From: Candidatus Oxydemutatoraceae bacterium
GTDB taxonomy: Bacteria; Pseudomonadota; Gammaproteobacteria; Poriferisulfidales; Oxydemutatoraceae
Length of the DNA: 64,000 bases
Direction: 5' to 3'
Assembly: GCA_965218975.1 (NCBI GenBank)
Contig: OZ244717.1
Location: 1,568,001 to 1,632,000, forward strand
The translations under genes were made by a program, and so were the position numbers. The notes under the pieces are model-generated. The model ran no database searches. It had not been told where the DNA came from and saw only the letters and a list, made by a program, of their open reading frames with translations. Shown piece after piece: positions 43,934 through 53,230 of the stretch (position 1 is its first letter; each line of letters opens with the position of its first letter).

Positions 43934-44623
43934 TGTACGATGCCACCCTAAATGGGATTTTTGAAGAGCTTCGAGGGAAGCATTCGGCAGTAACATTCGG
44001 ATCGGTGCTTTCTGTTGCCCGTTGTCGGCATGAGGACGGTGCGGTTGAAGCGCTTGATGTGCGCGTTCATTTTCGGACACTTGGGATAGGTCAGCCGCTG
44101 CTCAATCACGGGTGATTCCCGGATGAACCGGGCAAACTGTCCTTGAAACTCACTCCCGCCGTCCGTCAGGGTGAGACGCGCCCGGAAAACCGATCGGTTT
44201 TCAGCGGCGAACGACCCGACAAGGACGTCGGGGCTGGCGCTCATTGACAGAACCAAGTCTCGTCATGGACGAGCAGGGTGAGACGCGCCCGGAAAACCGA
44301 TCGGTTTTCAGCGGCGAACGACCCGACAAGGATGTCGGGCTGGCGCTCATTGACAGAACCAAGTCTCGTCATGGACGAGCAGGGTGAGACGCGCCCGGAA
44401 AACCGATCGGTTTTCAGCGGCGAACGACCCGACAAGGATGTCGGGGCTGGCGCTCATTGACAGAACCAAGTCTCGTCATGGACGACAGGCACTTTGCTGA
44501 GCATTCACCAACAAACACAAAACGGTTCCATAACCGGTCATTGAATGCTTCCGTATCGATGAATAGCAGGTCTTCCGCATGATCGATACAATCTTCTTGT
44601 CCGGAATATATTGGACACGTACA
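43934..44623 (-). mobile_element. Non-autonomous IS481-like remnant no. 1 (690 bp) with internal 107-bp array
   Basis: Ends TGTACGATGCCA and TGTACGTGTCCA (inverted); transposase pieces LTDGGSEF..YPKCPKMNAHIKRFNRT and QEDCIDHAEDLLF. Confidence 0.8.
44167..44486 (+). repeat. 3 tandem copies of the ~107-bp multi-hairpin unit
   Basis: Units start cagggtgagacgcgcccggaaaaccgatcggttttc at 44167, 44274, 44380. Confidence 0.95.
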
Positions 44624-44712
44624 ACTTAATGCTCTCCGGACGATTCGATTTACAATGACCACCCGCCGCATACGCTCAATTATGCTATTGATTCGTGTTA
44701 TTTATCGTCGGT

Positions 44713-46344
44713 TTAAACGGTCTTTTGAATCGGCGTAGTTTTCCGCAGCGGATGAGGATATAGCGATTCATCCAGTCCGTTAAAATATTCATCAAGCGCA
44801 CGGAAAGACTGTCGGATATGAGTGAAATCGTCTTTTTGTAACACCAATACACGACTATCTTCAACCGCTTTCAACCAACTCATTGTCTTATGAGAAGTGC
44901 TTAGAGTACGCTCGCCCCAATGATCGCCCGGCTTAAGTATCCGGCGACACTCCTCGCCATTGCTCGGATCAACAAACCAAGACTCCAATGCGCCCGAAAC
45001 CACCATATAGAATCCATCGTTGATTTCACCCGGTTGAAAAATAATGTCGCCTTCGGCAAAACGTTGAAATTTGCAAGCATTGGTTGGCCGTTGCGAAATC
45101 TGTACGATGCTGCGCGGTAAAAAATAATCTAGAAACCAATCTATTGCGATTCGAATCCGCGTTGTTAGATTTGGTATCATCATCAAATAAAAACCACGCC
45201 AAAGAAGCCATACATGAAACCCGGAGAAACGCATTCCAAAAAACTCGGCGACGGCACGGTAATATCCCACCGATGCCATCATTCCTCGCGGCTTTAAATA
45301 AAACGGCTGCATATTCGTCTCGCGAATTTGCGCTGCAATATTTTCCGCCAGCTGTTTAGCTTCTCGCACTGCAAACTGCGCCGTCGGCGGTGCATACCCT
45401 GCGGATGCATCATCGCCAAGCGGAACCATCGCAGCATCACCTAAAGCCCAAACGTTCCGCAATGACTTCACTCGCAGATATTGATCGGCCGGTATACGCT
45501 CATGCTGTAATTCAACCGGCAAAGTACGTGCGATTGATGAGGCTTCCGTGCCTATCGTTAATATCAACGTCGCTGTCGGAACGGAGTGACCATCTTCTAA
45601 ATAAACGGCATTTGCAGTAGCCGACATTGCTGTTGTATTAAGTAGCAACTCTGTTCCGTACTTCTCCAACTTATTCTGAGCATACTTGCCAAGCGAAGCC
45701 GGTAACTCGGGCAACAATCTCGAACCTTTATGAATTAATAGAAGACGCACTTCTTTCTTGCGAATTCCCGGGTAATGCTTAAGTGTTTTGTGCAGCATTT
45801 CCAACACTTCGCCAGCAGTTTCAACACCGGAAAAACCACCGCCAACAACAACGAAGTTTAGCAAAATTTCTTTGAGCTTAGGGTCGTCGCACATATCCGC
45901 ATATTCCAGACATTGAATAATATGATTACGTAAAGTGTACGCATCGGATAAGTCTTTCATCATGAACCCGTGTTCGACGATTCCCGGCATTAAAGACAAA
46001 TTAGTGCGTAATCCGCATGCAATAACCAGATGGTCATAAGAAACTTTCACCAAGTGGTGCTTGTCCGCTTGAACAACATGAACACATTGACGATCCGTAT
46101 CTATATGCTGAATTCCTGCCATACGGAACTTTACGCCTTTCAACAGAGAACGTAGCGGCGTCACAGCATCGCGTGCGGTAATTGTGCCGCTTGCAACTTC
46201 CGGCAGCAACGGCTGAAACACAAAATAATTGGTCAGATTAATTAGTTCTATGTCAGCCTCAGGCAATATATGGCGTAGCCGCCTCGCGGTAAAGACGCCG
46301 GCAAAACCACCGCCAAGGATAAGAACATGAAGCGGGGTTTCCAT
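44713..46344 (-). CDS. Type II NADH dehydrogenase-like flavoprotein with C-terminal cyclic-nucleotide-binding domain
   Basis: ILGGGFAG, FQPLLPEVA, VGGGFSGVE.AGE, WALGD, PPTAQFA; tail F..GDIIF..GE..DGFY.V.SG...GD.WGE. Confidence 0.87.
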   Translation of the reverse strand: METPLHVLILGGGFAGVFTARRLRHILPEADIELINLTNYFVFQPLLPEVASGTITARDAVTPLRSLLKGVKFRMAGIQHIDTDRQCVHVVQADKHHLVKVSYDHLVIACGLRTNLSLMPGIVEHGFMMKDLSDAYTLRNHIIQCLEYADMCDDPKLKEILLNFVVVGGGFSGVETAGEVLEMLHKTLKHYPGIRKKEVRLLLIHKGSRLLPELPASLGKYAQNKLEKYGTELLLNTTAMSATANAVYLEDGHSVPTATLILTIGTEASSIARTLPVELQHERIPADQYLRVKSLRNVWALGDAAMVPLGDDASAGYAPPTAQFAVREAKQLAENIAAQIRETNMQPFYLKPRGMMASVGYYRAVAEFFGMRFSGFHVWLLWRGFYLMMIPNLTTRIRIAIDWFLDYFLPRSIVQISQRPTNACKFQRFAEGDIIFQPGEINDGFYMVVSGALESWFVDPSNGEECRRILKPGDHWGERTLSTSHKTMSWLKAVEDSRVLVLQKDDFTHIRQSFRALDEYFNGLDESLYPHPLRKTTPIQKTV

Positions 46345-46454
46345 TATTTAACGCACTTGGAAGCAGGAGTTTTTAAATTAGCCATATATAATATCCAACA
46401 CATTACGGATCAGTCAGCACATTCCTCTGTGTGGTTCGTATTCCCTACCGCTTA

Positions 46455-47162
46455 TTAAAACCAAAACTTCAAACCGACTAATACTCCAACGTCGGCGGTC
46501 CGCTTTTTTTTATTGCGCGCCAAGCTTGCGGTTTCACCGAATAATTTTTTCCAGTTCGCTCCGAAATACGGCGCTAGCCGTCTGGTAAACAAATAATGCC
46601 AACGCACTCCTAAATCAAGATCGGATAAACCGGAACCAATCCCTGTCGATACGTCGTTGAAACTATGAAAATTAATTTCAATATCGGGAATTAAAATTGA
46701 CCGTTCACTTAATGCCCATTCATATTCAGTTTCAAGGCGCAACCCCCAATCGCTATTTTCGCCGATGAAAAGTGTAATTTCCGTATCAATAAAGTACGGT
46801 GCGAGGCCTTCAACTCCGACTACCAACCAATCGCGGTCGGATTCAGGCTTAACATCATTACGCCAACCAAATTGAAAATCCCAATAAGGAGTGACGGCAT
46901 GTGAATATAACAATTGCCACTCTGTCTTTTCAGTCACACCTGAAGCACGCTTGCCTTCCGACTTCAAAGTAAGTTTGTGCCTATCTTTACCTACCCATGC
47001 GTTGATATCCCAAGTAATTGTAGAATCACCATCGTTGTGACTGATTCCAAATTCGGTAAACTCCACTTTCCACAACAAAGGATCATCCTCCATGTCTGCC
47101 GCCGCTTCATTCAAACCCCAAGTCGCGATGACAAACAGTGTTGCCGCTTGGAATCTACACAC
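46455..47162 (-). CDS. copB: Copper resistance protein B (start uncertain)
   Basis: W...AWVG.D..K..LKSEG, YWDFQ.GWR.D, GLAPY, GIGSGLS, ends WF. Confidence 0.9.
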   Translation of the reverse strand: MCRFQAATLFVIATWGLNEAAADMEDDPLLWKVEFTEFGISHNDGDSTITWDINAWVGKDRHKLTLKSEGKRASGVTEKTEWQLLYSHAVTPYWDFQFGWRNDVKPESDRDWLVVGVEGLAPYFIDTEITLFIGENSDWGLRLETEYEWALSERSILIPDIEINFHSFNDVSTGIGSGLSDLDLGVRWHYLFTRRLAPYFGANWKKLFGETASLARNKKKRTADVGVLVGLKFWF

Positions 47163-47167
47163 GATAC

Positions 47168-48973
47168 TTAACTCACGTATACTTCGCGAAACATGCCTGC
47201 CATATGATAGAGAAGGTGGCAATGATATGCCCAACGCCCTTTGGCGGATGCGGTGACGAGGTAGCTGATTTTTGATCCCGGTTGCACAACGACAGTATGC
47301 TTTCGCGGAATACGGACGTTATCGCCCGTTTCCAATTCACTCCACATACCGTGCAAATGAATCGGGTGGTTCATCATGGTATCGTTAACAAGCACAAAAC
47401 GCACCCGTTCACCATATTGCAAAGTTATTGGTTTGGCATCGGCATAACGGACACCATCAAACGACCACATATACCGATACATATTGCCCATTAAATGCAA
47501 CTCTATTTCGCGCTTGGGTTCGCGTTGATCAACCATCGGACTTAAATTGCGCAGGTCGGCATACGTCAAAACTCTACGTCCATATTTTGTCCGATGATCA
47601 CGCAATCCGACGCCGGGATCATCCAAGCGATATTGCGGATCTTCAGCGCGCATATCCACTTGCAAACCAAAACCATTTGAAGGCGTCGTTATCAGTCTGG
47701 CACTGCCATAGCCCGCTTTGCCTGATCCGATAAAGTCTTCGGTGCGCGACATACCCTGATGCTCAACATGGCGCCGGCTATGGCCTTTGTCCATCGCTTG
47801 AGGATGCTCAGCATGGTGTCGATCATCATCGTTTACGTGACCATTATGACTGCCATGCGCTACTCCCATATCTTGATGTGTCAGCACCGGCGTCGGGTCC
47901 ATCATCGGTACTTCTGCTTGCAGTTGCGGATCAGGAGTTAAAATTCCGCGAGCAAAACCGGAGCGATCAATTGCTTGCGCGAAAATTGTGTAGGCAGAAT
48001 CCGCCTTCGGCTCAACGATAACATCGTACGTTTCCGCAGCGCCTATTCTAAGATCGTCTACCAAAATAGGTTCGATATATTGGCCGTCAGCAGCGACCAC
48101 AGCCATCTTCAACCCCGGAATACGCACGTCAAAAAAGGTCATTGCTCCCGCATTGATAAAACGTAAGCGTATTTTTTCACCTTTCTTAAACAAACCCACC
48201 CAGCCATCTGTCGGCGATTTTCCATTCATTAGAAACGTATAAGTATGGCCAGTTACATCGGAGATATCATAATCAGACATCCGCATCCGGCTCCACATGC
48301 GACGGTCGGAAAATGTCTGCGCAACACCTTTTTCTTTGACCTCAGCGAACAAATCTTTTGCCGTGCGTTTTTTTATCCGATAGTACTCGCTTGATTTCTT
48401 AAGTGTCGCAAAAATTTTGTATGGCGACTCATCCGTCCATTCAGACAGGACAACGACATAATCACGGTCGTAACGAAAAGGTTCCGATTGTTTAGGTCGA
48501 ATAATAATCGCGCCATACAAGCCGGTTTGTTCTTGAAATCCCGAGTGGCTGTGATACCAATAGGTGCCACTTTGCCGCACATCAAATTGATAACGAAAAG
48601 TCTGATTGGGGTGAATGCCACCGAAGCTAAGCCCCGGCACGCCGTCCATATCGCTTGGAAGCAGAATGCCGTGCCAGTGAATTGCGCTGTCATGTGCCAG
48701 ATGATTGGTAACCGACAAAGTAACTCGATCACCTTCGTTCCAAAGCAATGTCGGTGCAGGCAAGCTATTGTTGATGGTCGTTGCAAATCGCTCCGCACCG
48801 GTGTAATTAACTTTTTGGTAAGCAAGATTTAAATTGAATTGGCTGCCGCTTAGAATCGGTACGGCGGTGTTTTGAAAAGCCGTCCGCACCGGATGGGAAC
48901 TCATCAGAGGAAGCGATGTCGCTAATGTACCGACTCCAACCACGAAACGCCGCCGCGACAATGAAAATGCCAT
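47168..48973 (-). CDS. copA: Copper-resistance multicopper oxidase (CopA/PcoA type)
   Basis: Tat signal SRRRF, IHWHG, YWYHSH, HPIHLHG, HCHLLYHM, His-rich linker. Confidence 0.96.
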   Translation of the reverse strand: MAFSLSRRRFVVGVGTLATSLPLMSSHPVRTAFQNTAVPILSGSQFNLNLAYQKVNYTGAERFATTINNSLPAPTLLWNEGDRVTLSVTNHLAHDSAIHWHGILLPSDMDGVPGLSFGGIHPNQTFRYQFDVRQSGTYWYHSHSGFQEQTGLYGAIIIRPKQSEPFRYDRDYVVVLSEWTDESPYKIFATLKKSSEYYRIKKRTAKDLFAEVKEKGVAQTFSDRRMWSRMRMSDYDISDVTGHTYTFLMNGKSPTDGWVGLFKKGEKIRLRFINAGAMTFFDVRIPGLKMAVVAADGQYIEPILVDDLRIGAAETYDVIVEPKADSAYTIFAQAIDRSGFARGILTPDPQLQAEVPMMDPTPVLTHQDMGVAHGSHNGHVNDDDRHHAEHPQAMDKGHSRRHVEHQGMSRTEDFIGSGKAGYGSARLITTPSNGFGLQVDMRAEDPQYRLDDPGVGLRDHRTKYGRRVLTYADLRNLSPMVDQREPKREIELHLMGNMYRYMWSFDGVRYADAKPITLQYGERVRFVLVNDTMMNHPIHLHGMWSELETGDNVRIPRKHTVVVQPGSKISYLVTASAKGRWAYHCHLLYHMAGMFREVYVS

Positions 48974-49070
48974 TTGGTCCTCTCCTACGTATATGACTCA
49001 CAAACTCACAAATACAAATTAATAACTTCTTGCCTATTACTATACAGTACTTAAAACGCAGGCTTTATCG

Positions 49071-49098
49071 CCCGATAAGAATATCCCGATAAGAATAT
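49071..49098. repeat. Perfect 14-bp tandem duplication upstream of copA
   Basis: cccgataagaatat x2. Confidence 0.8.
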
Positions 49099-49150
49099 AC
49101 TGTTACAGCTATTAAACCGATGCCGACAAATGCTTTTGGCTAGCAACCGG

Positions 49151-49224
49151 TGGCTATGGTTGGACTTGAACCAACGACCTCAGCATTATGAATGCCGCGC
49201 TCTAACCAGCTGAGCTACATAGCC
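49151..49224 (-). tRNA. tRNA-Met (CAT), elongator type; 3' end followed by CCG rather than CCA
   Basis: GGCTATGTAGCTCAGCTGGTTAGAGC..TTCATAA..GGTTCAAGTCC..ATAGCCA. Confidence 0.95.
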
Positions 49225-49249
49225 AAAGCCAACTGTGCAGATTATACCG

Positions 49250-50341
49250 TCAAACGTTAAAACGAAAATGTATGATATCGCCGGGTTGAACAACATAATC
49301 CTTGCCTTCGATTCTCAATCTTCCCGCTTCTTTCGCACCATGCTCTCCTTGATAAGTAATATAGTCATCATAGGAGATAACTTCGGCGCGAATGAAACCT
49401 TTTTCAAAATCACTATGAATACAAGCGGCCGCACACGGTGCGAGAGCATTTTTTTTTACTGTCCAAGCGCGAGTTTCTTTCTCTCCGGTGGTAAAGAACG
49501 TCAATAAATCAAGCAGGCGATAACCCGTTTCAATAATGTTTTCAAGGCCCGAATGTTCAATACCCCAATCATGCAAAAAGCGGCTGTGTTCGTTGGCCGG
49601 CAGACCGATTAATTCCGATTCAAAAGCGGCACAAATTGGTAGAACGCTCCATTGGTGCAATGCCGCATATTCTTGCAATTGCTCAACCAATTCACTTTCT
49701 TTTAAGCCGCCTTCGTCAGTATTGGCAATTAACATCATTGGTTTAGCGGTGATCAAATTCATTTCATCCGACACACGTGTTTCTTTTTTATCAAGCGTTA
49801 AATTGCGCACGTTATTTCCGTCGGCCAAATGATGGTATATTTTCTCCAAAGCTTGTAGTTTTATCAGATTGTCTTTATCGCCGGCTTTGGCAGATTTTTT
49901 GGTTTGATCAAGTGCCGCTTCGACAATTGCAAAATCGGCAAGCAGCAATTCGGTTTGAATCGTTTCAACGTCCGAAACTGTATCAATACGTCCTGCCACA
50001 TGAGTAATTTCATCATCTTCAAAGCAACGTACTACCTGCGCAATCGCATGAGTGCGTCGAATATGTTCAAGAAATTGATTGCCTAAACCCTCTCCTTTCG
50101 CCGCACCGTCAACCAAACCGGCAATATCAACAAACTCCAAAGTCGTCGGAATAACTTGCTTGGAATTCGCAATCGCGGCAATCCTGTCAAGCCGTTCATC
50201 GGGCACGGTGACCGTGCCGATATTGGGCTCTATGGTACAAAAAGGATAATTTTCCGCTGGCGCTGCTGCGGAAGTCAATGCATTAAATAAAGTTGACTTG
50301 CCGACATTAGGCAAGCCGACAATACCGCACTTAAAACCCAT
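49250..50341 (-). CDS. ychF: Redox-regulated ATPase YchF
   Basis: GIVGLPNVGKST, YPFCTIEPN, DIAGLV, HSDFEKGFIRAE, FRFNV. Confidence 0.98.
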   Translation of the reverse strand: MGFKCGIVGLPNVGKSTLFNALTSAAAPAENYPFCTIEPNIGTVTVPDERLDRIAAIANSKQVIPTTLEFVDIAGLVDGAAKGEGLGNQFLEHIRRTHAIAQVVRCFEDDEITHVAGRIDTVSDVETIQTELLLADFAIVEAALDQTKKSAKAGDKDNLIKLQALEKIYHHLADGNNVRNLTLDKKETRVSDEMNLITAKPMMLIANTDEGGLKESELVEQLQEYAALHQWSVLPICAAFESELIGLPANEHSRFLHDWGIEHSGLENIIETGYRLLDLLTFFTTGEKETRAWTVKKNALAPCAAACIHSDFEKGFIRAEVISYDDYITYQGEHGAKEAGRLRIEGKDYVVQPGDIIHFRFNV

Positions 50342-50350
50342 AAATTATCC

Positions 50351-50929
50351 CTATCGTACATGAAATTTGTTCATCACCGCGCTAAAATTTCCAGCACATA
50401 GCTCCGGCAGCAAAGGAATGATCGGTTGCAATGCACCCTTAATTTCAGTTTGCTCATCGGTGCTCGCGTCGCTTAATACATGCTTATCTACGAGCTCCTT
50501 TTTACCCGGATGACCAACGCCGATACGTAATCTCCAAAAATCAGGTCCTAGATGCGCAATAATATCGCGCAATCCGTTATGCCCGCCATGTCCACCACCT
50601 TGCTTTAGCCGTGCTTTTGCCAGCATAAAATCAATCTCGTCGTGCACCACTAAAATATTTTCCGGCAATATACGGTAAAAGCTGCTAACCGCCTGTAATG
50701 CCCTGCCACTTTGATTGATATACACATTATCCGCTCGAAATAACATAAGCGATGCTCCTCCTTCCAAATACGCCTTGCAAAGACTACCGAACAGCTTGTT
50801 ATTTTTATTCAACGGCCCAGCGTACTTCTGCGCCAACATTTCAATAAACCAATAGCCGACATTGTGCCGATGCTGCGCATATCGATCGCCCGGATTCCCC
50901 AGTCCGGCAATCAAAGAGATACCTTCCAT
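50351..50929 (-). CDS. pth: Peptidyl-tRNA hydrolase
   Basis: GLGNPG, RHNVG, HDEID, GGHNGLRDI, RLRIGVGHPG. Confidence 0.97.
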   Translation of the reverse strand: MEGISLIAGLGNPGDRYAQHRHNVGYWFIEMLAQKYAGPLNKNNKLFGSLCKAYLEGGASLMLFRADNVYINQSGRALQAVSSFYRILPENILVVHDEIDFMLAKARLKQGGGHGGHNGLRDIIAHLGPDFWRLRIGVGHPGKKELVDKHVLSDASTDEQTEIKGALQPIIPLLPELCAGNFSAVMNKFHVR

Positions 50930-50986
50930 GTCATTGGCGAAGTTAGTGTAATTACTACGATGGCAGAAGTTAAGAATTTACCCCTT

Positions 50987-51667
50987 TTATTCTTTATTTT
51001 CTTGTTTGCCGCCTTCAACCGCTCCCACTGTCTCAGTATCAACCGCAGCTTCCTCTCCTAAGACCTCTTTCTCTTCTTCAATTGCAGTGACCCGCGGAAT
51101 ATTCACACTAACAATTGCATTATCGCTTGCTTCACCATGTATTAGTGCAACGATTTCAACATGTTTGGGCAGCCGTATATCAGACAAATGCAGAGAATGT
51201 CCCAATTCAATATTAGCAACATCCACCTCAATAAATTCAGGTAAATACCTAGGCAAACACGAAACTTCAACATCACTTTGTAAATGACTAATCACGCCGC
51301 CCTGCTGCTTGACACCGATACAGGTTTCTTCATTCAGAAAATGTAAAGGTACATGTACTCGGATAGCTTGGCTTTCACTAACACGTAATAAATCAAGATG
51401 CATCACTCGTTCTTCGCTAGGATGACGTTGCAATCCGCGTAAAATTACAGGTTCTTCTTTGCCGTCAAGTTTTAGGGTCAAAATATGGGAATAAAATGCT
51501 TCGTTTTTTAGATGATTCGCAAGCTCATTCGCTTTGATTGAGATGGCAACAGACTCGCCACTTCCATACACGACGGCAGGTACCCAATTATTACGTCGCA
51601 AACGGCGATTAGCGCTCGTTCCAAGCGTATCGCGTCGCTGTGCCTTGATTTCAAATTCGTCTGTCAC
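50987..51667 (-). CDS. rplY: 50S ribosomal protein L25 / general stress protein Ctc
   Basis: G..ANRRLRR..VPAVVYG, QRHP, H.D, VPLHF, GVKQQGG, LPEFIEVD. Confidence 0.96.
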   Translation of the reverse strand: MTDEFEIKAQRRDTLGTSANRRLRRNNWVPAVVYGSGESVAISIKANELANHLKNEAFYSHILTLKLDGKEEPVILRGLQRHPSEERVMHLDLLRVSESQAIRVHVPLHFLNEETCIGVKQQGGVISHLQSDVEVSCLPRYLPEFIEVDVANIELGHSLHLSDIRLPKHVEIVALIHGEASDNAIVSVNIPRVTAIEEEKEVLGEEAAVDTETVGAVEGGKQENKE

Positions 51668-51843
51668 ATCTGCTGCCTATTGTCCAAAGAGCGATTTAGC
51701 GGGGAATTATAACAAAGCCTATTATGGAATCAAGAAATTGTACGATGCCACCCTAAATGGGATTTTTGAAGGGCTTCGGGGGAAGCGTTCGGCAGTAACA
51801 TTCGGATCGGTGCTTTCTGTCCGTTGCCGGCATAAGGACGGTG

Positions 51844-52048
51844 CAGGGTGAGACGCGCCCGGAAAACCGATCGGTTTTCGGTGGCGAACGACCCGACAAG
51901 GACGTCGGGGCTGGCGCTCATTGACAGAACCAAGTCTCGTCATGGGTGAGACGCGCCCGGAAAACCGATCGGTTTTCAGCGACGAACGACCCGACAAGGA
52001 CGTCGGGGCTGGGGTTCATTCGCAGAACCAAGTTTCGTCACAGACGAC
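51844..52048 (+). repeat. 2 copies of the ~107-bp unit (first slightly truncated)
   Basis: Starts at 51844 and ~51944. Confidence 0.92.
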
Positions 52049-52292
52049 AGACACTTTACTGACAACACGGCAACAAACACAAAACGGTTTCATAACCGGT
52101 CATTGAATGCTTCCGTATCGGCGAATAGCAGATCTTCTGCATGATCGATACAATCTTCTTGGACGGTGCGGTTGAAGCGCTTGATGTGCGCGTTCATTTT
52201 TGGACACTTGGGATAGGTCAGCCACTGCTCAATCACGGGTGATTCCCGAATGAGCCGGCAAACTGTCCTTGAAACTCACTCCCGCCGTCCGT

Positions 52293-52612
52293 CAGGGTGA
52301 GACACGCCCGGAAAACCGATCGGTTTTCAGCGGCGAACGACTCGACAAGGACGTCGGGGCTGGCGTTCATTGGCAAAACCAAGTCTCGTCATAGACGACA
52401 GGGTGAGACGCGCCCGGAAAACCGATCGGTTTTCAGCGGCGAACGACCCGACAAGGATGTCGAGGTTGAGGTTCATTCGCAGAACTAAGTCTTGTCACGG
52501 ACGAGCAGGGTGAGACGCGCCCGGGAAACCGATCGGTTTTCAGCGGCGAACGACTCGACAAGGACGTCGGGGCTGGCGCTCATTGACAGAACCAAGTCTT
52601 GTCACGGACGAC
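52293..52612 (+). repeat. 3 tandem copies of the ~107-bp unit
   Basis: Starts at 52293, 52399, 52506. Confidence 0.94.
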
Positions 52613-53230
52613 AGACACTTTACTGACAACACGGCAACAAACACAAAATGGTTTCATCAGCTCAAAGACTTTACTGCTGCCGAAATTCTGCCCGGCGCGG
52701 GCGACGCAACCTGTTGATCCGACGGTACGGTCGGCGCCGACCGCGGGCATCGAGGCGCTGCGGGATACGGCGCATCTTATCGAGGGCTGCGGCGATGATG
52801 CGCCCGATAGTCGAGACGCTGGGTGTGGCCAGGCCGTGGCGCTCGCACCACGGCTCAAGGTGTCCGGCTTCCCTCAAGGTCTGCCGCCACCGATACAAGG
52901 TACGGCGACTGACCTTGAATGCATCGCAGGCAGCGGCCATGCCATGGTTTTCCTGGAAGGTGAGAATTTTGAGTCGTTGTTTTGCATCGTAAGTCATAGT
53001 ATCCTAACTATGCCCAATTTTAGCGACCCGGTAAAACCCCCGGATTCGATAGCCTATATGTTGGATTTGCAAGGCTTCTCCTCCTGTCGGCAGGAGTGCC
53101 AAATGTTTCTGAGCTTATGCAATACCCTCATTGAACTAGCAACTTTTAACTAGTGTACGATGGCAACCGAATCGCTAAAGCTAATCAATTCTCCCACTAC
53201 TGCCGATAAGTTCTGGACGGATGTTGATCT

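Larger units (their letters stand above)
51739..53121 (-). mobile_element. Scrambled IS481-like remnant no. 2 with two internal 107-bp arrays
   Basis: End TGTACGATGCCA at 51739 and TGCATAAGCTCAGAAACATTTGGCAC at 53121; transposase pieces DAFKVSRRTLYRW, PSVSTIGRII, TDGGSEF, RFNRTVQED, HRPY..GQKAP. Confidence 0.83.

Noticed and set aside
44167-44486. 107-bp arrays as CRISPR
   Set aside because: Units abut without unique spacers, are far longer than CRISPR repeats, and no cas genes are present
43934-44623. Target-site duplications around the IS remnants
   Set aside because: Flanks of remnants 1 and 2 show no matching direct repeat
52599-53153. 184-aa plus-strand ORF and other short ORFs over the repeat/IS regions
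   Set aside because: Antisense shadows of transposase fragments and repeats
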